DNA from: a virus
Virus record (IMG/VR): IMGVR_UViG_3300045988_076131
Location: 1-64,000 of that record
Direction: 5' to 3' (one strand)
Length of the DNA: 64,000 bases
Part shown: piece after piece, positions 36,899-47,400 of the stretch
Position numbering within the stretch: the stretch's first letter is position 1
Layout of the letters: each line of letters starts with the position of its first letter
Translations under genes and position numbers: made by a program
The notes under the pieces: generated by a model
The model's database searches: none
What the model was told of the DNA's origin: nothing
What the model saw: only the letters and a program-made list of their open reading frames with translations

Positions 36899-38569
36899 TT
36901 ATCCCCACAACGTTTCATCATATATGCTTTGCGCGAACGGGTTCTTATGACGCTCTTCCTTGTATTCTGCCGTTGCCACAGCCACAAGTGCAAGGCTTTC
37001 TTGTATCTCCCTGCCGTACTCGTAGTTTACACAGGGCAGAAATCTCATAGCACACGGGTCAAGCAAGTCCATTGATCGACCTTTTCCAAGGTTACGGTTC
37101 ATCTCTTTCTTGCTCATCAACTTACGCTTGCCGTTCGGCATTTTCTCAAACCTAACTACGGCGCACTCCTCCAAAAACTCATTTTGTATAGTTACCTTGT
37201 ATTTGAGGTTTTGGTGTGTATAAGTCTTTTCCGCAACCGCATCTTCCATCGTCAACTCGCCGGCGTTAATCATCCTGCAAAGTCTGAGGTAACATAGGTC
37301 TTTAAGTGTCATGGCGGTGGGGTAGTATATACCTATCGGCTTTGCGCTGCTCATATACGGGTTAGCATCGGGTATATAGTCGTTAAAGTACCTACCTGCC
37401 GTTGCGTCATATATGATGTGACTCTCGGCGATACCGTGTTTTATGGCAAACTGACGAGCAAACTCGGCGTTCTGTCTCGGAGTTGAGTGTGGATGTATCT
37501 CTATATCGACTATATGAAAACCATTCCACGCTATCATAAGCATATTGTCCGTACCATAGTCTGCAAGGTCAATCGTTATCCACTTTTCTCCCGTTAAGGC
37601 AGGGTCGTTAGTAAAAACCCTGCGTGCATTGATGCCGCTAATCGGCAAATCCTCTTCTTCCTCGGGGTCTACATTCCAGTTTCCTTCAACAAGAGCCTGT
37701 GCCATCTTGCCGCCACTCGCCGCAATAGAGCCGATGTAACCGGCGTTTCCATCAAGCAAACCCTTATTCTCACTAAGTCTACCTTGATAAAATACAAAGC
37801 TCTTGATAATATCCTTGTAACTAAAATTGCCACCAATAGCAGCCAGTTTCCGGTCTATATCTATCTTGCATTTTAGGTACACCTCTTTTTTAGAGTCTCC
37901 CCATACCACATCTTTTACAGATGCCCCATTGACGTAGAAATACCTAACCTTGCCGTCTCTTTCAGGATTTATCTTGCCGTCAATCCCGATATACCAGTCT
38001 ATGAATGTTCTTATCCAGTGGCTTCTTTTCGGGTTCATGGTGGCAAAGAACTTACCTGTGAAAGTTTTGCTTTGTCCTCGGTTTCGTGTTATCACGTACG
38101 AGAAGGCCTCCCACGACATCTCTGTAAGCTCGTCGATCGCAATCATATCATACTCCCAACCTTTTGCACGCTCTCGGAGTTTATCCATGTTTGAGTCGTC
38201 AAGATAGGTAAGGTCACAGAAGGTGCCGTTTGGAAACGAAATGCGAGGGCTGTCACTTTCCTTTACCTTTATATAGTCTGCGCCGAATATCTGCTTAAAC
38301 TTCTCTACGAAGCCACCTCCTGCCTTCTGATTACCAAGACTACGACGCGAAATCATCGCGCGGAAGTCGGGGTCTGTCATTAAAGGTTCCGCCATAGCGA
38401 GAACGAGGGCAAACGACTTTCCGGCTGCCAAAATTCCACCGCCGAAACAAACATCTACGTTTGCGGTCACAAAAGACTCCTGAAAGCCTTCTTGCGGTTT
38501 TATTATAATATCCTTATCCTCGCCCCTCATACCACAAAAGTAATACTTTAATTCGCTTAGATACAGCAT
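36899..38569 (-). CDS. terminase large subunit
   Basis: 556 aa; Walker A-like GGGILAAGKSF, Walker B-like YDMIAIDELTE, C-terminal nuclease-size domain. Confidence 0.8.
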   Translation of the reverse strand: MLYLSELKYYFCGMRGEDKDIIIKPQEGFQESFVTANVDVCFGGGILAAGKSFALVLAMAEPLMTDPDFRAMISRRSLGNQKAGGGFVEKFKQIFGADYIKVKESDSPRISFPNGTFCDLTYLDDSNMDKLRERAKGWEYDMIAIDELTEMSWEAFSYVITRNRGQSKTFTGKFFATMNPKRSHWIRTFIDWYIGIDGKINPERDGKVRYFYVNGASVKDVVWGDSKKEVYLKCKIDIDRKLAAIGGNFSYKDIIKSFVFYQGRLSENKGLLDGNAGYIGSIAASGGKMAQALVEGNWNVDPEEEEDLPISGINARRVFTNDPALTGEKWITIDLADYGTDNMLMIAWNGFHIVDIEIHPHSTPRQNAEFARQFAIKHGIAESHIIYDATAGRYFNDYIPDANPYMSSAKPIGIYYPTAMTLKDLCYLRLCRMINAGELTMEDAVAEKTYTHQNLKYKVTIQNEFLEECAVVRFEKMPNGKRKLMSKKEMNRNLGKGRSMDLLDPCAMRFLPCVNYEYGREIQESLALVAVATAEYKEERHKNPFAQSIYDETLWG

Positions 38570-38639
38570 TTTAGTAAGCCTTATTTGACACGTATCAAAT
38601 ACACATTTGTAATTATTTGTGCTTCATGTAATATAAAGC

Positions 38640-38647
38640 TAATTTTG
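38640..38647 (+). promoter_or_regulatory. candidate -7 box TAATTTTG for the head/tail operon
   Basis: exact TAnnTTTG 26 nt upstream of the 38673 ATG, in the divergent TerL/scaffold intergenic region. Confidence 0.4.
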
Positions 38648-38672
38648 TTTCAAACAATAAAACACAAAGCAC

Positions 38673-39326
38673 ATGAAGTTTACAAAAGAACAGCTTTTAG
38701 ATGCCCTAAAAGCGAAACTCACTGCAAACGGGAAACACCTTTCCATCAGCGAGAAGACAATCAAGAGTTTGAGTGACTCCCACTACGACCTTTTGGTTAG
38801 CGAAGAAACAGAGGTTGACGATTTGGTTAGCAAAATTCTTCCACAGTACGTTTCCCTTAACGGAAACTACGAAAAGGACAACGCGGACTTTATCAAAAAG
38901 TGGAAGGAAGAGCATCCTGAGCCAAAGCCAAAGCCGGGTAAAACTCCTAATCCCGACGACAATGGTTCTTCTGAGGTAGAAAAGAAGCTGCTTGAGCGAC
39001 TTGAAGCCTTGGAAAGAAGGGAGGCGGAAGCGGAGGCTGCAAGATTAGTATCTGCGAAACGCGGTGAACTTCTTGAAAAGTTCAAGGAGAAAGGAATTAG
39101 TGACAACAAGTGGATTGATGTCTACTTGAAGAAACTGTCAATCTCCAAGGACACAGACATTGAGGCAGAAACAGCCGATGCGCTCGACTTCTACAACCTC
39201 TCTCATGCAAACAACGGAGGTCGCCGTACACCTGATAATAGCGGCAGCAATAACAACAGCGACATCAGCGCAGAGAGATGGAAAGGTGTAAACAAGGCAC
39301 TCGGTGGGATTACTCCTCAGAAGTAG
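38673..39326 (+). CDS. scaffolding-like protein
   Basis: 217 aa, helical, charged (LLERLEALERREAEAEAARL), upstream of the capsid gene. Confidence 0.5.
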   Translation: MKFTKEQLLDALKAKLTANGKHLSISEKTIKSLSDSHYDLLVSEETEVDDLVSKILPQYVSLNGNYEKDNADFIKKWKEEHPEPKPKPGKTPNPDDNGSSEVEKKLLERLEALERREAEAEAARLVSAKRGELLEKFKEKGISDNKWIDVYLKKLSISKDTDIEAETADALDFYNLSHANNGGRRTPDNSGSNNNSDISAERWKGVNKALGGITPQK

Positions 39327-39360
39327 TGTTGTAATTTATTAATTTTTTAAGGTAAGTTTT

Positions 39361-40113
39361 ATGGATAACTTTTTTTCAAGACAGGCTAACGGCGGTGCGG
39401 TATTCATGGGGCGCACCCTCGTACAGGCGCACGGCAATATTGGCGGCTATAGAAACGTCTTCGTGAAAATTGTCAATAGCAACAAGGGCGCGCTTAGCTA
39501 TCCAACCTCGGGTGGCATCGTAAAAAACCCGTTCCCTGGTCGTGCGAAAATCTACGCAGGTGATTTCTGCGAGTACACGCCAAACCTCGACGATACCCAC
39601 GGCGCAGAGGTGAAAATCCTGAAGTTCTACGAGGCAGCAAAAGAAGCTACAAGCACCGACGTAACCATCAAGATCGTTCGTGACGGCTATCGCCATATTC
39701 CGTTTGCCGGTGACAACATTATGATTGGTCAGAAAGACTTTACGACCAAGGCTAAGGCGGTTTCGGTCACACGCGTAGAGAAGTCAACGGAGGCTGGTGT
39801 GGATGTATGGGTTCTTACGCTCTCGGAGGCTCTCGGCGCAGCGATTAAGAAGGGCGATATTCTTGTCGAAGCAGCAGGAGCGGGAGCGAGCGTGCTTCCA
39901 ATGGTAACAAACCCCAACTCCTATGCAGACAAGGATATGGACTTCCTGTATGATCCGAGCACATCTGACGACGATTACGATGGCGCGAGATACATGTTTG
40001 CTCCGGCGTTAGCGCAGCAGGACACCATTATCGACCTTTTGGCTGTCGGCAAGCTACCACCTGCCGTTCTCGCCCTCAACAAGAGTCGCGTCAAGACTTG
40101 GTTTAACCTCTAA
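39361..40113 (+). CDS. head-associated protein (decoration or minor capsid, by position)
   Basis: 250 aa between the scaffold-like and capsid genes. Confidence 0.4.
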   Translation: MDNFFSRQANGGAVFMGRTLVQAHGNIGGYRNVFVKIVNSNKGALSYPTSGGIVKNPFPGRAKIYAGDFCEYTPNLDDTHGAEVKILKFYEAAKEATSTDVTIKIVRDGYRHIPFAGDNIMIGQKDFTTKAKAVSVTRVEKSTEAGVDVWVLTLSEALGAAIKKGDILVEAAGAGASVLPMVTNPNSYADKDMDFLYDPSTSDDDYDGARYMFAPALAQQDTIIDLLAVGKLPPAVLALNKSRVKTWFNL

Positions 40114-40150
40114 TAAATATCATGTTTAACACACAAAACTATTAGCAACT

Positions 40151-41326
40151 ATGAGATTTGATTTCAATAACTCCGATTGGGCCGCTCTGTTTCGTTCGCG
40201 CGACAATGGTAGCGAGCTGTTCCAGTCGCTCGTAGATAATACGCCTGTCCTCAATGATTTGGGCTGGGCCTTGTCTCAGGGTCATATCGCAGACGCTCCG
40301 ACACCGACCGCAGATGACGGCTCTGCTACATTCCGCATTGAATCGAGCAAGTTGGAGGCAGCTCCACTTATGGACCTTCGCGCCCCACTTGGCGAGAGTC
40401 ACCAGATGGACGCAGAGGGCGCAGAGGAGTATGTGGCTTCTATTCCTGACTTTATCGCTCGTGGCTGGACTGAGACAGCAGCACAGCGTGCCTATAAGGA
40501 GCGTATATATGCACAGCTCGGCAATACGGACAGAATTATTGCCAACTGGGTAGAAAAGGTACTTCTCCGCGGCTTGAACTCGGCTAAGTCTACCCTTAAT
40601 CAGATTGGAGCTCAGTTGGCCACCAAGGGCAAGGCTGACTACAAGGGCTTGGGCGCAGGTATCTACGCAAAGCTTCACGATGCACGTATTCCAGCTGAGA
40701 ATTTCGTTAAGGCTGGCGCAAAGGCTTGGACTGACCCTACATGCAAGATTCTTACACAGATGCGCAAGATTGAGGATAACTACCGCGACAAGCGAGGCGG
40801 CTACTCTGGAGCTCTCACATGGAGAATGACAAAGAATATGTACGTCAATACCTTCTTGCAGAATCAGGAGGTTCGCGACCTTTACGCCTCTTGGTGCAAG
40901 GCAAACTATATCGCCTACGTCGATGGTATGCCTATCACCAACGAGCAGTTCTTGCAGTCGTTCACTGACATTCAAGGTGTTTCACCGATCGGGATTGTCA
41001 CCGAGAAGGAGCGCAACAAGACGCGCACAACCGACACTATGGTGCAGGGATGGGCAGACAATATCGCGGTTCTCCGACCAGCAGGCGATATGTTCGAGTT
41101 CAAGTACGCCAATGTTCTTGAGCGTGAAATGTACACCAAGTATGGCGCGAAGAGTATCGACACAACTTTCGCAACTATGCTCAACGGACTGGTTACAGCA
41201 ATGAACACCACCACCGATAATGGCCGCTTGCAGGAGTGGCATACCGACGTGATGATGTCTGCAACACCGGCACTTCTCTCTTTCACAAACCATGTAATTA
41301 TCAACACTGCCAACGCAGGCGAGTAG
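40151..41326 (+). CDS. major capsid protein
   Basis: 391 aa, position and size; the 277-aa antisense ORF is rejected. Confidence 0.6.
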   Translation: MRFDFNNSDWAALFRSRDNGSELFQSLVDNTPVLNDLGWALSQGHIADAPTPTADDGSATFRIESSKLEAAPLMDLRAPLGESHQMDAEGAEEYVASIPDFIARGWTETAAQRAYKERIYAQLGNTDRIIANWVEKVLLRGLNSAKSTLNQIGAQLATKGKADYKGLGAGIYAKLHDARIPAENFVKAGAKAWTDPTCKILTQMRKIEDNYRDKRGGYSGALTWRMTKNMYVNTFLQNQEVRDLYASWCKANYIAYVDGMPITNEQFLQSFTDIQGVSPIGIVTEKERNKTRTTDTMVQGWADNIAVLRPAGDMFEFKYANVLEREMYTKYGAKSIDTTFATMLNGLVTAMNTTTDNGRLQEWHTDVMMSATPALLSFTNHVIINTANAGE

Positions 41327-41367
41327 TTATCATGGCATTACAATAATCAAATCCACTTCTCTTAAAA

Positions 41368-41751
41368 ATGGCAGTATTGAAGTTTGATATAATCGAATAC
41401 CTAAGCGGTTTGACAAGTTTTGTCTTTGACAAGGCCGTTCTTAACCGCGTAGCTTTTGAGTGCGGAGTTTGTCACGTTGAAACCTATGCAGACCTTTCAG
41501 AGGAGGATCGTGACAGATGCAAGGCGGCGTTACTCGAAACCATCGTGTTCGGGCCGTATCAAACGGCATCTTCCACAAGTCAGCATGGTTCTTACACTCT
41601 GACGGTGGGAGCACAGACCATTACATCGCAAGCATTAGAGACTATCAAGGCGGAGCTTCGCAGACTATATACAAAGTACTCCGAAGACACCAAGCTTGAA
41701 GCGCTCAATGCTTCCGGTGGGGAGATAAAATGGGTTTCAGAAACGGACTAA
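41368..41751 (+). CDS. head-tail connector/completion protein (by position)
   Basis: 127 aa. Confidence 0.4.
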   Translation: MAVLKFDIIEYLSGLTSFVFDKAVLNRVAFECGVCHVETYADLSEEDRDRCKAALLETIVFGPYQTASSTSQHGSYTLTVGAQTITSQALETIKAELRRLYTKYSEDTKLEALNASGGEIKWVSETD

Positions 41752-41754
41752 GCT

Positions 41755-42126
41755 ATGTACACCGATAGAAGCCGGATGGTAGAATACGAATACGATGGCG
41801 TGTTCTACCTAAGAGAACACGTAATTCCTTCTGACGGCAACCTGCTTGCGGAGGACAACGACAAGGAAGTTATCATTCACAAGACAAAGTGCGACATACA
41901 GAAAACGGACAAGTTGTTTAATTCAGGTGTCGTCTCTATGGGTTATAATATCTATTTCCCAATGCCGACAAACGAAAGCGGCGAAGAGAAGCTCCCTAAA
42001 GGTCTGAAGATTGGCATACGCTTTCGGGGCGATATTTGCGGACTTGAGGTTGACGGAATGGTTATAGGTATCGAACCGACAAAGCTTCATGGGTGCGTAG
42101 CTTACATAAAAGGAACTGACATTTAA
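41755..42126 (+). CDS. head-tail connector/completion protein (by position)
   Basis: 123 aa. Confidence 0.4.
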   Translation: MYTDRSRMVEYEYDGVFYLREHVIPSDGNLLAEDNDKEVIIHKTKCDIQKTDKLFNSGVVSMGYNIYFPMPTNESGEEKLPKGLKIGIRFRGDICGLEVDGMVIGIEPTKLHGCVAYIKGTDI

Positions 42127-42136
42127 CAAATAGATT

Positions 42137-42535
42137 ATGGCGCAAAAAACACAAAGAAGGCTGTCTCGCATTGAAAACTTCTTTTCGATGCTCCTTTCTA
42201 ATAAGGGTTTGTCCGACAATATCTTCATCGGAGAATTGCCACCTACCACAAACAAGGAGTGGGAAGACTTTGTAAATGTTGACATCGGACAGCAGCGCGA
42301 CTACGGCGGCTACTCGCTCGGTTACGCCAATATCTACCTGTATGCAAGACCGAAAGGCGCGTTGCGCCGAAAAAACGTAAAAACCCTCGACAAAATGGAG
42401 GGTGTCCTGGATATGATTATCGACGAGGCCAACAGCGAGGATTATGTTATTCAGGAGCTTTACCGCGACAGTGGCTATGACACAAACCGCCAGTTTCATT
42501 TCGATATGATCTCCGTTTCGGTTACAGTAAAATAA
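42137..42535 (+). CDS. tail completion protein (by position)
   Basis: 132 aa. Confidence 0.4.
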   Translation: MAQKTQRRLSRIENFFSMLLSNKGLSDNIFIGELPPTTNKEWEDFVNVDIGQQRDYGGYSLGYANIYLYARPKGALRRKNVKTLDKMEGVLDMIIDEANSEDYVIQELYRDSGYDTNRQFHFDMISVSVTVK

Positions 42536-42578
42536 TTTCAACACAAAAAATCAGATTAACGTTTAAAAACACAAGAAT

Positions 42579-43154
42579 ATGGCTAAAGTAACAAATACCG
42601 GCGCAGGCGCACTGAAGCTTGTTAAGCCTGACGCAATCGTTGTAACCCTGTTTACCGGTGAGGAGCAGGACGATACTCCAAAGGGCGATTCTTACGTTCT
42701 TGATGATGTTATCCGTGATACTACGAGTATCGCACAGGACGACAACAGTACAAGCGACATTGAACGAGAGACTTCCGACACGCCGATTCTTTCAGTCGTA
42801 ACAAGCGGCAAGTATCAGCTTGCAGCAGAGGTTGCGGACACACAGAAAGACCTTTTGGTTGCTTTGTGCGACTTCACCTACGACGAAACAACCAAAAAGG
42901 CGTACGCCCCTGCCGCATACAAGACAAAGTACGCAAAGGTCGATGTCGTGTTCGGCACCAAGGCGGTTGTTGTACCGAAGGTACAGCTCAACTCGAAGGT
43001 AACTATGGGGTCGCTTAATACAAGCATCGGCAAGATTGCTCTTGCTGGTACGGCACAGCTTGCGGCGCTCAAGATTGGCGCGAGCGGCACTCAGAAGACA
43101 ATCAAGACACCGTACTATCTTGACGAGAACTACACCATGCCGACAGGCGCGTAA
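42579..43154 (+). CDS. major tail (tube) protein (by position)
   Basis: 191 aa, upstream of the chaperone pair and tape measure. Confidence 0.5.
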   Translation: MAKVTNTGAGALKLVKPDAIVVTLFTGEEQDDTPKGDSYVLDDVIRDTTSIAQDDNSTSDIERETSDTPILSVVTSGKYQLAAEVADTQKDLLVALCDFTYDETTKKAYAPAAYKTKYAKVDVVFGTKAVVVPKVQLNSKVTMGSLNTSIGKIALAGTAQLAALKIGASGTQKTIKTPYYLDENYTMPTGA

Positions 43155-43236
43155 GTAGATTCTTTATAACTCTCGATTATATCTTCATGGGGCGGCGGCT
43201 TTAGTGCCGTTCGCTCCATTTTTAGTTTAAAGACTT

Positions 43237-43686
43237 ATGGCAGACTCATTGTACAAACAAGCCATCAACGCAATTCTTTTAGAATTGGAGAAAGATGCGG
43301 AAAGTGTAATGAACGAGTGTATTCAAGAAATCACATACACACATCGTTCATACAATCTGTACGACTCTTACGGATATGGTATATATCTCAACGGAAAGCT
43401 AACCAAATCCGGCTTCCTCTCTGCAACACCAAAAGCAACTGAAGGCAAGAATTGGTATGGAGAAAATATAAAAGGTCGTGATGCAATAAGCGACTATCTC
43501 AAGAAGGACTACAAGCCAAGTGGCGGGATAGACTTAGCTATAGTGGCAGCTATGCCATACGCCAAAGTGCTGGAAGATGGAAGCGGTAATCTCAAGAGGT
43601 CGTATAGAGTAATATCTATGTCCGTTCAGAAGTTGCGAGCTTTAGCGGCAAAATATAATGGAGTTGTCAAAGTAATCAGAAAGTAA
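43237..43686 (+). CDS. hypothetical tail-module protein
   Basis: 149 aa. Confidence 0.5.
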   Translation: MADSLYKQAINAILLELEKDAESVMNECIQEITYTHRSYNLYDSYGYGIYLNGKLTKSGFLSATPKATEGKNWYGENIKGRDAISDYLKKDYKPSGGIDLAIVAAMPYAKVLEDGSGNLKRSYRVISMSVQKLRALAAKYNGVVKVIRK

Positions 43687-43699
43687 AAGCAAGAACAAC

Positions 43700-44257
43700 A
43701 TGGGAAAGGTTCACAGTATAAAAAAAGACCCGACAAAAGCGAGGAAACAGGCCGAAGAGGATGCAAAAAGAGTAACCCCCAGTACACCCTTGTCCGATGC
43801 AGCAATGGAACGCCTTGCGCAGATTATGAATGACACGCCGACCATTGTAAGGCTACAAGGCACCGAATGGGAGATTAAAGCCCTAAAGCCTGGCACCCAG
43901 TGGATGATTGCGGAAGAAGCCTGCAAGATAGTAAAAGGCGAAAATCTGTCTATGGGTGATGTCATTAAGGAGTTTGCCGTCAATTTGCCTTCCGTGGCAA
44001 AAGTTATCACGCTCGCGCTACTGAACGACAAAGACCGCATTAACTCTGACGAACACCAACAAGTCTACGACCAGCTCCTATGGGGAGATTACGACATCAA
44101 GGACTGGGCGACACTACTCGTTGAGATTCTAAATCTTCTTGATGTGGATTTTTTCTTCGCGAGTACCAATGTGATTCAGACCGTTCGCAACCAGGCTCTG
44201 ACGAGAAAGACACAAGCAGCAGAATTGTGCCTGCAAGAACGGAGTATGGGCAGATGA
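43700..44257 (+). CDS. tail assembly chaperone (G-like, 0-frame product)
   Basis: 185 aa immediately upstream of the tape measure; contains a slippery heptamer. Confidence 0.7.
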   Translation: MGKVHSIKKDPTKARKQAEEDAKRVTPSTPLSDAAMERLAQIMNDTPTIVRLQGTEWEIKALKPGTQWMIAEEACKIVKGENLSMGDVIKEFAVNLPSVAKVITLALLNDKDRINSDEHQQVYDQLLWGDYDIKDWATLLVEILNLLDVDFFFASTNVIQTVRNQALTRKTQAAELCLQERSMGR

Positions 44258-44469
44258 TAGATTTCTTACGTGCCAACACATGGTGCTCGCAGGAAGAATA
44301 TAAATGGCAAATGACCGTTCCACAAGTCCGACTTGCATCAATGGACTTCACACATATCGAATACCTATCCGACAATGAGAAGCAGAACGGAAGCCTGAAA
44401 AACGCAAAGGTAATCAACGGAGTGGAAGACCTAAAAAATCTCAACGACCTCGGAATACCTATTTTATAA
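43700..44469 (+). CDS. tail assembly chaperone GT-like frameshift fusion product
   Basis: the -1 shift at 44149-44155 gives ...LLDVDFF/FLREYQCDSDRSQ...DLGIPIL, ending 22 nt before the tape measure ATG. Confidence 0.65.
44149..44155 (+). promoter_or_regulatory. -1 programmed frameshift site T TTT TTC
   Basis: 0-frame GAT TTT TTC; the -1 frame is open from here to 44469 and contains track ORF 44227-44469. Confidence 0.75.
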
Positions 44470-44491
44470 ACTCTAAAACTACGAATTAATT

Positions 44492-47400
44492 ATGGGCAAT
44501 TCAGCTTTAGGCGCAGCGCTATCAATACCGAAAAGCGCTCTTGATGCCATAAAGGAGGCAGACCAGAAACTGAAAGACATACAGAGTACCGCGAAAAACA
44601 CCGCAGCCGGAGTTACTAAGTCCTTTAAGAACATGGCGGTGGGTACACAACCGTTTCTTGACGCATTAGACAAGGTAATAGCAAAACTCAATACAATAAA
44701 CACCTCGGCAACAAGCGCAAGTAGCAGTCTGAGCAACATTGGAGCAAGCGCAGGCAGTATGAGCGGCAATATCACGCAGGCTTCGCAGAATATACAGCAG
44801 ATGGTTGCACAACTTTCAAACATGAAAGGTGCAGGCACAAGTAGTATCATGCAGGCAGTATTTGCGTTTCGGAGATTACAGGAGGCAACCAAGGGTGCAA
44901 GTGGCATGAATATCGCTGAACTCAAAAAAGAGATTGGCGCGATTGATAGCATATTGAAAGATACAAACTATAACCTTACCAAGGCAGACCAAGACTCCCT
45001 AATCAAGCGCAAGAAAACACTCCAGGACGAGCTGAAATACCAACAGCAGATGTGCGAGGAACGCGTTATTGCGTTTCAGAAAGCTCTTGATAAAATGTCG
45101 AGTGCGGAAGCTTCATTTAACGCCAAGCAAAGAAAAGCTTACTCTGACAGAAGTAAAGGATACCAAGAAAAGAACCACAAACAGAACACATCGTACAAAG
45201 GTGCGCTTGATTTCTCCGCAGCGGCTAACACGCTTAACCGACAGGCGCGTGCGATTGAGTATCTGAAAGAAGCCCGTATGAAGCTGTCACAGACGGATGC
45301 GGACTATAAGCAGAAACTTGAGACGCTGAACGCAGCAATCGCTCGGCACACTCAAAACCTCAAAGAAGCAGGCGTAAGCTCGCGCAATCTCGCCGAACAG
45401 ACATCATATATGTCGGGCTATATTTCTCGTTGGGCACAGCGCATGACGTTTGCGTTCTCTATTAATACCGTGCAAGGTTTTGTAGAGCAGATAGCCGCGG
45501 TGCGAGGTCAGTTCGAGTTGTCGCAGCGTTCGCTTGAAGCAATCTTGCAGAACAAGCCGAAAGCGGATGAGATATTCAACAAAACGGTAGAACTTGCCGT
45601 TAAATCTCCTTTCCGTATTAAGGATTTGGTTGATTATACACGACAGCTTTCTGCTTATCGAATTGAATCTGACAAACTTTATGATACCACCAAGCGACTT
45701 GCCGATGTTTCAGCAGGTCTTGGTGTTGATATGGGTAGACTTATCCTTGCTTACGGACAGGTAAAAGCGGCTGCGTATCTCCGTGGTTCAGAGGTGCGTC
45801 AGTTTACGGAGGCAGGCGTAAACATGTACGGAGAGCTACAGTCTTACTTCAAAGAGGTTAAAGGTGAAGCATATACAACAGCGCAGATTGTGGATATGAT
45901 TTCCAAGCGTAAGGTCACATTTGAGGACGTTGAGGCAATATTCAAACGTATGACCGATAAGGGTGGAATATTCTACAATATGCAGGAGATACAGGCAGAA
46001 ACTCTTCAAGGTAAGATTTCAAACCTGAAAGATGCTTTCGACGTAATGCTTAACGACATCGGCAAGTCAAACGAGGGCTTTTTCAAAGGCTCTATTCAGT
46101 TCGCCACAAACTTACTAAATCATTGGGAGGCTATAGCAAATGTTGCAAAAGCCTTGCTTTCCATTGTTGTTGCCATAAAGGTTAATTCTATGTTTATGCA
46201 GTCTAACTTAGGCAAAGCTTTTATTCTTAATGCCGCAATGGTGGGCAGATGGCGAGCCTTTTTAAACCTTATCGAATCTATGCCTACTGCTTTTGGCAAG
46301 ATGAAAACCGCAATTTCTGCTATAGGAGGTTCCTTAAAGGCTGCTTTGGGAGGTTTTGCTTTCTATGCTATTCTTCAAACTATAATGAACTATAGAAATG
46401 CGTTGCAGCAGTTTGACGGAACCATAAGAAAGGCACGTGAAAGCACCATTGACGCATTAGGAAAAATCTCCGAACTCTCTGCCAAATACAAAGACTTTTC
46501 TAATGTTATATATAGAACACAGAACAATGTTGATGACAGCAAAGCCATAGAAGAAAAACGCAAAGCTCTAAACAAACTTATCGAACAAGCGAACAGAGAT
46601 GGCTTGGAGATTAAGATTAATGTTACAGAGCTTAATGAAACACAGCTTGATAAAGAATTTGAGACTCTTAAAAAGAGATATAGGGATTTCGTCTTTGAAC
46701 TTGAAGCCATAAAGGAGCGTGCTGCCCAAAGCGACAAGAGCGGTTGGTGGTGGGGAGTATCCGGCATCAAAGAGGGTTTGGACGAATACAAAACGGCTGC
46801 TATAGACATTATCTCTCAAACCAACAAGATAGAGAAAGCGATGGCTTTAGCCAATATCGGCTATAAAGACGCGAACATACAAACACAGAAGTATTTTGAC
46901 ACTTTGCGCAATGGACGTATTGATGGTGAAGCCGATATTGATTATCTCAAACGTATGCACGATGCGTGGAAAGGCCTGGAAGATTATTATTCTCGCAATA
47001 GCATGGTCTTACCCGATTGGCTTGTCAAAGGACAGGGATACATGAAGGGCGTGTCGGACGGCTTCGATGATTTAAGTTCTGCAATAAAACAAACAGAAGA
47101 GAACTTTAAGGATGTTTTTGTTGGGAAAGGCGGCATAGAAGAGTTCAAGAAGAGATACCAAAAAGACCCTATAAAACTCAAAGTAGAAATAGACCAATAT
47201 GCCGCAGAAAACAGTTTGTCTGATACACAGAAGCGTTTGCTGTATGAAATTGCCGCAAAAAAATACGGCATTAAGTTCCCCGTAGAGGTTGACGATTCTG
47301 ATACAGAGCCTGCCATTAAGACCATTATAGAGGATTTGCAGGAGTATGCCGACAAAAACAAAATTAAGATAAGTGTTGAGGTAAAAGACCCGAAGAACCT

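Noticed and set aside
40142-40975. 277-aa minus-strand ORF
   Set aside because: It is antisense to the 391-aa capsid gene, which fits the co-directional head operon.
44479-44952. 157-aa minus-strand ORF at the start of the tape measure gene
   Set aside because: It is an antisense shadow of a 1919-aa gene.
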